DNA of 26,156 nucleotides from Zygophlyctis sp. KS116 (lineage: Eukaryota > Fungi > Chytridiomycota): assembly GCA_054661495.1 (NCBI GenBank), contig BAAFSQ010000136.1, positions 1 to 26,156 on the forward strand, in the 5' to 3' direction. Positions 1-8,490 of this stretch are shown piece after piece. Made by a program: the position numbers and the translations under genes. Every line of letters starts with the position of its first letter. Position 1 is the stretch's first letter. The notes under the pieces were generated by a model. It was given only the letters and a program-made list of their open reading frames with translations, was not told the DNA's origin and made no database searches.

Positions 1-3000
1 TCAATGGAACTATCCCTTCATCAATTGGAAATTTGATAAATTTGGAATATCTGTAATAATTTCTAAATTTAAGATGAAAGTCGTCTTGACAGCAATAAAC
101 TCTCAGGTTCAATTCCTGCTTCAATTGGAGATTTGATAAATTTGCAAACTCTGTAATTATTTTCCTAAATTTAAAATTAAAGTTATCTTCACAACAATAC
201 ACTCTCTGGTTCAATTCCTACTAAGATTGGAAATTTGATAAATTTGCAACTTCTGTAATTATTTTCTAAATTTAAGATTTTAGAGGGCTCAACAACAATA
301 CACTCTCAGGTTCGATCCCTGCTTCGTTTGGAAATTTGACAAATATGATTTGGCTGTAATTATTTTCTAAATTTTAAATTCAAGTTATCTTTCTTACAAC
401 CAGCTCTCTGGTTCAATTCCTGCTTCGATTGGAAATTTGACAAATTTGCAAATTCTGTAATTATTTTTTAAATTTAAAATGAAAGTCGTCTTAACAACAA
501 TCCATCCTTAAGTGGAACTTTCACCCCAAGATGTGGAATGGATATGTAATACTTTTTTAATTATAATGATAAGATATGCTAGCGACACTTCTATTACGTT
601 ACTTTCCTGCTCTTGCACCTCAACATCCCCTCAATGTTGTTGGGTTGTCCGATCATGGCAGCAGATGGGAAAGACTACTTCAGTATCACCTACTAATACC
701 ACTGCTTGTTGCTCAATGACTGGTGTGACTTGTGATTCTACAAACAAGGTCACAATGCTAATGTGGAATGTCACAGGTCTTAAAAACTCAATCCCTTCAG
801 ATATTCTGAAACTCACAAGTTTAACTCAACTGTAAGTATTTTATTTGTTGAAAGATATAGTTATCTTCATCAAAATAGTCTTACAGGTTCAATTCCTTCA
901 GCAATTGGAAACTTAACGAACTTGATTCGACTGTAATTATTTTTAAATTTAAAATCAAAGTTCTGTTAGAGACAATCAACTCTCAGGTGCAATTCCTGCT
1001 TCGATTGGAAATTTGATAAATTTAAGAGATCTGTAATTATTTTCTAAACTTAAATTAAAGTCGTCTCTACAACAACCAGCTCTCAGGTTCGATCCCTGCT
1101 GAAATTGGAAACTTGCCAAATTTGCAACGACTGTACTTATTTTCTAAATTTAAAATTCCAGTGATCTTCAATCCAATCAACTCTCAGAACCAATTCCTGC
1201 CTCGATTGGAAATTTGATAAATTTGGAAGTTCTGTAATTATTTTCTAAATTTGAAATTAAAGTTATCTTCAAAACAATACACTCTCAGGTTCAATTCCTA
1301 CTACGATTGGAGATTTGACAAATTTGCAACGACTGTAACTATTTTCTAAATTTAAAATGATAGCGATCTTAACAAAAATCAACTCTCAGGTTCGATTCCT
1401 TCTACGATTGGAAAGTTGATAAACTTGCTCGTTTAGTAATTATTTTCTAAATTTACATGAAAAGTCAACTTTCTGGCAATCAACTCTCAGGTTCAATTCC
1501 TGCTGAAATTGGAAATTTGATAAATTTGCAACGACTGTACTTATTTTCTAAATTTAAAATTCCAGTGATCTTCAAAGCAATCAACTCTCAGGCTCAATTC
1601 CTTCCACCATTGGAAATTTGATAAATTTGCAGCATCTGTAATTATTTTCTAAATTTATATGAAAAGTCAACTTTCTGGCAATCAACTCTCAGGTTCAATT
1701 CCTGCAGAGATTAACAATTTGAAAAGTTTACAAGGGCTGTAATTATTTTCTAAACTTAAAATTAAAGAGCTCTTTCCGGCAATCAACTTACCGGTTCAAT
1801 TCCTGCTGAAATTGTAAATTTGACAAATTTGACTGACCTGTAATTATTTTCTAAAATTTAAATTTAAAGCATTCTCGAAAGAAATCAACTGTCAGGACCA
1901 ATTCCTGCTGAAATTGGAAATTTGATAAATTTGCAAGAGCTGTAATTATTTTCTAAATTTAAAATGAAAGTTTTCTTAACGACAATCAACTCAATGGAAC
2001 TATCCCTTCATCAATTGGAAATTTGATAAATTTGATAAAACTGTAATTATTTTCTGAATTTACAACGTTAGCTGGCTCCAGAACAATCAGTTCTCAGGTT
2101 CAATTCCTGCTGAAATTGGAAATTTGACAAGTTTGCAAGAACTGTAATTGTTTTCTAAATTTTAAAATAACAGCTACCTCACCAACAATAAACTCTCAGG
2201 ACCAATTCCTACAGAAATAGGAAAACTAACAAGTTTGACTGTTCTGTAATTTCCATTGAATATTTAATGAAAGTGCTCTTGGCTCCAACCAGCTCTCAGG
2301 TTCAATTCCTTCAGAAATTGGAAATTTGATAAATTTGCAACGACTGTACTTATTTCTAAATTTAAAATGATAGGGATCTTCAAAGCAATCAACTCTTAGG
2401 ATCGATCCCTGCTGAAATTTGGCAATTGTTGAATTTGCAAGTTCTGTAATTATTTTCTTAATTTAAAATTAAAAGTGCTCTTCAATTCAATACACTCTCA
2501 GGTTCAATTCCTTCTACGATTGGAAATTTGTTAAATTTGCAGGAACTGTAATATTTTCTAAATTTAAAATGAAAGTTATCTTTCCGGCAATCAACTGTCA
2601 GGTTCAATTCCTTCTACGATTGGACAATTGTTGAATTTGCAAAATATGTAAATATTTTCTAAATTTAAAATTAAAAGTGATCTAGCCGAAAATCAACTCT
2701 CTGGTTCAATCCCCCCAGAAATTGGACAATTGACAAGTTTGCAAACTCTGTAATTATTTTCTATATTTTAAATTAAAGTTATCTCCAATACAATACACTC
2801 TCAGGTTCAATTCCTGCTTCTACTGGAAATTTGATAAATTTGCAACAGCTGTAATTATTTTCTTCAGTTGAAATTTAAAGTGGTCTTTCCTACAATCGAA
2901 TCTCAGGCCCAATACCTTCCTCGATTGGAAATCTTAAGGCTCTGGTAGGCCTGTACGATTTATTCAATAATATTAAAGCGGCTTAAATGACAATTTACTG

Positions 3001-3172
3001 ACTGGAAATATTCCAAAAGAAATAGGAAACCTTATTAACTTAGATGCAGTGTAAACTAAAATTTCATTAAATCTAGATGGATAGGAAGAAATCAATTCAC
3101 TGGATCTGTTCCAGATGGATTTGGAAATTTCACAAACTTATGGTGGCTGTAATATAAGAGTACTAATCGTAG
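1..3172. repeat. Tandem array of ~101-bp units (72-nt LRR exon + ~29-nt intron), interrupted by cap exons at 486-831
   Basis: Recurrent core CTCTCAGGTTCAATTCCT...ATTGGAAATTTGA(T/C)AAATTTG and intron consensus GTAATTATTTTCTAAATTTAAAAT(T/G)AAAG with about 100-102 bp period. Confidence 0.95.
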
Positions 3173-3899
3173 AAATCTTGATGTCAATGACCTTGAAGGA
3201 CAGATGCCATCATTGGAGAAACTGACAAAACTAAAGGGACTGTAAGACTTATGTTCTAATTTGAAGTGTCATTGAGCACAACCCTCGCCTTTCTGGAGTT
3301 GTTAAACTTGGATCTCAAGTTAATACATCAGTGTATTCTTTTAATTATTTAATTTTATCAGCTATGCTCTTGATACAAATATTACAGCAATATGCGGTTC
3401 ATCATCTACGATAAGTTCACCTACTACATATCCTTTTAATGTAACAACTTTGGAATGCTTATCATCTGGAACTCCAACTGGATTAGTTAAAAGAACTATG
3501 GTAATATCTACTGCCCTGTCTGGGCTTCGTTTCTCTTGCAGTACAATTGATGGAACTCTCAATCCATATGCTGATTGTGCGAATCTTATGACTGCATTCT
3601 GTATGCCTGCTCAAGTTACTACTACGGCTGGAAAAAACCAATGCAGAAGTGTGGTTGACCAAGTCTTCTTTCAATTGAACCAGTTATGGATAAACGTCCG
3701 TAAAGAGTGTGGTCAGTGGCCATACTACGGATACAACAATGGTTCTGGTGCAAATTCCGAAACATGTACCACAGCAATTTCTTATCTGCGAGCAGGTGCT
3801 TATTACAAAGCATTTGATGGAAGTCAAGTTCCTATCTCTCAAGCATTTACTGAAAGTATGATGGAAGGACTATGGAGAAGAGCGGACTTAAATGCCTAG
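1..3899 (+). CDS. Multi-exon plant-type LRR protein, locus A (5' end outside window; >990 aa in window): LRR array 1, internal Cys-rich N-cap, LRR array 2, KR site, Cys-rich C-terminal domain
   Basis: Spliced by hand without a frame break. Exons: <1-52, 81-152, 183-254, 284-355, 385-456, 486-545, 574-831, then 23 consecutive 72-nt exons from 861-932 to 3077-3148, then 3173-3241, 3267-3332, 3362-3899 (TAG). All 32 introns are GT-AG, 24-30 nt, phase 2. Each 72-nt exon encodes xLxxNxLSGSIPxxIGNLxNLxxL (plant-specific LRR consensus). No transmembrane or kinase domain is seen at the C-terminus. Confidence 0.93.
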
Positions 3900-4026
3900 C
3901 TTTCATATCTCTAGAAACATTTTGAAATAAAATGGGACTATCAAATTGCCGATGAGCACTGTGCAGCATGACTATCCTCTACTACTACTTTGATAAACAG
4001 AAGTGCGTAAAGTTGAGTTTTATTAT

Positions 4027-4200
4027 TTACCACTCTTTCCCCTCATTCAGCAACCTTGTGCATATATTGAGAGCAGATTTGTTGACATCCGTTTCAGTCG
4101 GAGGCCATGCAATCCCTTCATCAAAGTCTGTTTTAATTGTTTTTACAACTAGAATCTTTGGACACTCATTTTGGATATAATCTAAAATTTCGGACATCAT
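4027..4200 (-). CDS. Short ORF (57 aa, MMSEILDYIQNECPKILVVKT...EGKEW), possible first exon or gene fragment
   Basis: ATG at 4200, protein-like composition, ends at TG|GTAAAT, which could be a donor site or an in-frame TAA. No family recognised. Confidence 0.25.
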   Translation of the reverse strand: MMSEILDYIQNECPKILVVKTIKTDFDEGIAWPPTETDVNKSALNICTRLLNEGKEW

Positions 4201-4391
4201 TTCAATGAGACTGAAATTTATTGTTTTAAATAGAATGCGGCAATGTGATTTAGAATCACTTGCGACAGCTAATAGAATAATCTCGAAAGAGAAAAGAGTA
4301 TCTGTAAAAACCTATGCTCATTTACGGTAAAAGATTGCTCCTATGATTCAATTAGAGTTCGGACGGCGGGTTATGATTACAGCGCCATAAG

Positions 4392-4538
4392 TCATAAACC
4401 ATACTTACAAACTCTATAAAACAACAAAAAAACTATAAAACTCCAAGAAAACAAAGAAACGTGAACGAATGAAACACGATCTCTTATCAACACTAGAACT
4501 GATATCTCTTTAAAAAATAAAAATAAAATGGTTTATGA
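4392..4538. mobile_element. MITE-like element, copy 1 (147 bp)
   Basis: Perfect 11-bp terminal inverted repeat TCATAAACCAT (4392-4402) / ATGGTTTATGA (4528-4538). A-rich interior (AAACTCTATAAAAC motif) shared with copy 2 at 17467-17659. No clear target-site duplication. Confidence 0.7.
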
Positions 4539-4730
4539 ATTAAATTTTGTTACTAGTAAAATCTATAATAATCAGATAGTAATAGCAAGTCGCGATTAAG
4601 TCCACGAACGCACTGCAAGGAAATTTTCCCAGTGATTTCCAGACCAGATTTGCTATAGGTTTTACTACAAGAACCTTGCTGTTAAATACTCTGCAACCCA
4701 CCGCATTCCCCTAAAATATAAGTTATTGCA

Positions 4731-7700
4731 ATGGAAAGACTCTCTATTGCTCATTCCAGGAGGGCATCAATAGATGTAGGAGACTTATTTCCAGCTGTGG
4801 AAGCAAGAATGTCTTCCAAAGGACGTCAATCATTAGATTCTAGAAAGTTGAGAGAATCGGTTCTAGAATTGCATCATTCGCAACAATTGTCGTTGGCGCA
4901 GGAATATTCGTCAAAAGGACGGCGCCAGTCGCGAAATGACAAAGATTTATTTCTCTTTAAATTAACTGAAAGGATTAATACTTCGTTTGTAGAGAAATTA
5001 AATCATCCCTGCATTCTATCAGAAGTTGCATGGGCATTCAGAGAACGAGTTCCGAAATCTAAAAATTCAAAAAATTCTATAGAATATTTAGACTGTTTTA
5101 CAGGTACAGTGGCTGTTGTAAATTTAAATTTGTTAAAATTAGGATACAATTAGTACACTTGTTGGTTGGTCGGACAGATCAGTTGCATTAATGGTTGGAA
5201 GATGTCTAGGAGCTCATGGTTTTCTTTTTGATGTTTTGTATTCATCGGAACTAGTAGATTCTTCAAAAGAAATTTTCAAGGTTAGAAAACCAATTACTTC
5301 TTTTGCGTCTTCTGCATCTTATTCTGGGAACTGTGAAAAGGATAATACACTTCCTGTAGGTGTATACACTCTAGTTAGTAATTGTTATTCATACACTTGT
5401 AAAGAAGGTTTATCTTGTTATTCAAATTTTTGTCCAAGGAAAACAGATTTAGAAACACTAGTAGAAAGAACACAATTTAAAAATGTAGTTGAAGAATCAG
5501 TACTAGAAGAAAAACTTTGGTTTAAAACAGTGCCGGAAGAAATACTTGAGGCGGTTTCTTCAGCTGAAAGGAAACGTCAAGAAATTTTATTTGAAATAAT
5601 TCAAACAGAAAGACAATTTTTAGATGACTTACAAACTGTTCAAAATGTATTTATTAAACCATTACTAGAAACTGATATTATTGAAGCTTCGCAAAGGCAG
5701 ATTTTTGTTGAAACTGTGTTTCTAAATATGACTGAAATATATCAAACAAATTCAAAATTAAAAAGAAAACTCTTATCAAGGCAAAGGGAGAATTTTGTTA
5801 TTAATGCAATTGGGGATATTTTTGCAAGTATTGCAGAGGAATGGTATGTATTTGTAGAATATGGAGCGGGTCAAGCATATGCAAAATATCTGGTTGATGA
5901 GGAAAAGGCTAATAATCCAAAGTTTTTGGCTTTTTTAAAAGTATTTTTAACTAGTATAATGTCAAGGAATGTGAAAAGAAGAAGGAATGTCGAAAATTGC
6001 CATTGGAGAGCTTTCTCTCTAGTCCGACAACTAGGATGGGTAGATATCCTCTCTTTTTAAATTCTTCAATTTCAAATTTACCAAAAAATCATCCAGACAG
6101 CATCACAGTACCTCAAGCATTGGAAACAATTCGTGATATTTTGAAAAAGATTAATTTTGAAGCTGGAAAGGCCGAAAATGCGCTCAAGTTATCTAGATTG
6201 CATGTTCAAATTGTCTTTACTCCAGGAGAGGAAGTTGTAATATTTTAATGTTCATTTTAGGATTTGATGTTAAAAAGCGAAAAACGAAAATTGATTAGAG
6301 AAGGGGTTCTTCATTACAGAAAAGCATCCGGTGATATAGAATTAACCGTGTTTCTTTTTGATCATATGTTCGTGATGACAAAAAAGAAAGAAAATGACAC
6401 TTTCAAAGTATTTAGAACTGTATTTTTCTTTATTATTCATCTAAATAGCCAATACCTTTAGAACTTCTTCTATGTAGGAGGGAATCTGTGTTTCCGACCC
6501 CTTTTGAATTCGATACACATGGGAAGATCAGTGCTAAATCCAATACCATCAACTCTGTTCGAACTTCCGTTAGTTCTGCTGCATCCTCTCCCAGCTTAAT
6601 TACGACCGCGGGAGGAAGGAGTGCATCTTTCACATTTGTGCATTTAGGTCGGAATGGGGGCTCAATGACTTTTTCCACATCTAGCATTGCAGATAAGCAA
6701 GCTTGGGTTGATGCAATGGAGACTCAAAGGAATCTTTTGATGGACAGCTCTAAATTTTTTGAGCTACAGCTTTTGAATGACAATTTTTTCAAGATATCCA
6801 ATCGTGTAAACTGCTCGGTTTCATATGCCGGAATGCTTTTGGTTGGAACAGATGACGGCTTATATGTCGGAACCGAACATAATGTTGACACTCCTTTATC
6901 AAGTCGACTGTTTAGGAAAGTTATTCAAGAGGAAAACATTTTGCAGGTTGATATTTTGCCTGATTATGATATGCTAATATTTCTAGCTGGTGAGATATAA
7001 AATTTTAATTGAAGATCGAAACCTTTTTTCCGTCACTTTAGATGTGCTCGACAATCCCGAGGATGACTCGGCAGCTGGAATTAGAAAGTGGAAAAAAATT
7101 GGTTCAAATGTATCCTTTTTCAAACTTGGAGTTTGTTCAGAACGTACTTTAATATCTGCCGTCAAATCAAGCTCACTGAGCGCAACCATAAAGCTTCTGG
7201 AACCAGTCGGTCTTGGTGGGAACAAGCTGAAAGGAAAATTTGGACGTTTATTTAAATCTTCCAGTGATTCTTTAAGAGTATATAAGGTAATAATAGAAAC
7301 CAATCAATTAATCAAAAGGAATTCTATATTCCAACCGAATCAAGGTCCATTCATTTTCTTCGAACAAAGCTTTGCGTCGGTTGTAGTAAAGGATTTGAAA
7401 TTGTTGATGTGGATTCATTAAATACTCAAGGTAAGTGATGTTAATTCAAAAAGTAGGATTACTAGACATGTCTGATCCAGATCTTAACTTTATTATAAGA
7501 TGGGACGGATTAGCTAAACCTCTTGCAATCTTCCGAATTCAGGATGGGGAATTTCTGTTGTGCTATAACGGTGAGATTTTATTGCTTATCATTAGAATTT
7601 GGATTTTTTGTCGATCAATATGGTAAAAGGTATCGAAAAGATTATCTTTTGTTTTGGACTGGTTATCCTACATCTTTTGGTAAAGTATTTGAATCTCATT

Positions 7701-7908
7701 CTTAGCATATATACATCCCTTCATTCTGGCATTTGAGCCGTCGTACATTGAAGTTCGTCGTTTACAATCTGGCGAAATTTGTCAAATCATTCCAACAAAT
7801 AATCTGCGCCCTCTCAATACTCACCAAGACTATCTTCATTTCGTTTATGATCAGTTTGATTCCCAAGCTGTTGCTAAAGTTGTTTTAACATCTGAAGAGG
7901 AATTATAA
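4731..7908 (+). CDS. ROM2: Rom1/Rom2(Rgf1)-type Rho1 guanine nucleotide exchange factor (DEP-DH-PH-CNH)
   Basis: DEP-like EYLDCFTGTVAVD...ALMVGRCLGAHGFLFDV; Rom-family motif GVYTLVSNCYSYTC...CYSNFCPR; DH start ERKRQEILFEIIQTERQFLDDL and CRKLPLESFLSSPTTRMGRYPL; PH FLFDHMFVMTK; CNH LLVGTDDGLY...EFYIPTES. Nine introns of 24-32 nt: 5118-5142, 5941-5966, 6237-6260, 6420-6448, 6990-7014, 7287-7318, 7431-7456, 7571-7595, 7680-7705. Stop TAA at 7906-7908. Confidence 0.92.
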
Positions 7909-7919
7909 ACATGTCTTTA

Positions 7920-8425
7920 TTAAGAATTAAACTCAATCACATTGTTTTCATCGCAATCAATGGAATTATCTGAATTTTCGAAAGGGGCAAGATGGGTGGC
8001 TTGTCTATTTGGAGGCATGTACTTTGTACATAATCCGTACAAAACGGGGCTAATATTAATAAACATTGTAGTACACGCTCGAAGGATAAGATCCCAGTGA
8101 TAATCCCAATTCCTCGGCTAGTGCATATTTGTCCATCTGCTGCTTAGGGGCATTTGACTCTACGTTTAATTATATCTGAAATACCTGAATTCATAACCGC
8201 CAAAGCCCCAACATACCCATTCCATTTCAAATAGTCTCTAATTAATTCATTGATAAGCATGGTCTCTTTAGCTGGCTGTGGAGTTGATTTTAATGGTTCC
8301 GGACAAATGCACGCAAAGAGCTTTGCCCGCAATGTTCCCTCAAGTGAGTCCAATGTACCATTGGATAATAATTTATTCTTGAGTACATTCTTTAACTCTT
8401 GAGAATCTGTGTCTAGAAACGACAT
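7920..8425 (-). CDS. CEP20: Centriolar LisH protein CEP20/FOR20/FOPNL
   Basis: ELKNVLKNKL..GTLDSLEGTLRAKLF, LINELIRDYLKWNGY, then after 25-nt introns at 8160-8184 and 8050-8074, ES...LAEELGL...VPVLYGL. This matches the short FOPNL architecture. Confidence 0.85.
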
Positions 8426-8490
8426 TTTAATCAAAAGCCGAAATATCGGAGATTCAAGTTAAAAATAGCATCTATCAACATATTCAATCA

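Noticed and set aside
100-2815. B-box-like GGTTC(A/G)ATTCC in most LRR exons
   Set aside because: Explained by Gly-Ser-Ile-Pro codons plus homogenisation. No A-box or tRNA structure.
1-2950. CRISPR-like or satellite array (~101-bp period)
   Set aside because: Units are GT-AG introns plus in-frame LRR exons. There are no unique spacers or cas genes, and the context is eukaryotic.
1-3361. LRR pseudogene (frequent stops, almost no long ORFs)
   Set aside because: All stops fall within predicted introns, and the spliced frame is uninterrupted.
3362-3899. Terminal exons of loci A and B are both 538 nt
   Set aside because: Sequences are unrelated beyond the linker, so this is treated as coincidence.
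1-3899. Plant contamination or receptor kinase
   Set aside because: Intron size and style match the adjacent fungal-type genes, and no transmembrane or kinase domain follows the LRRs.
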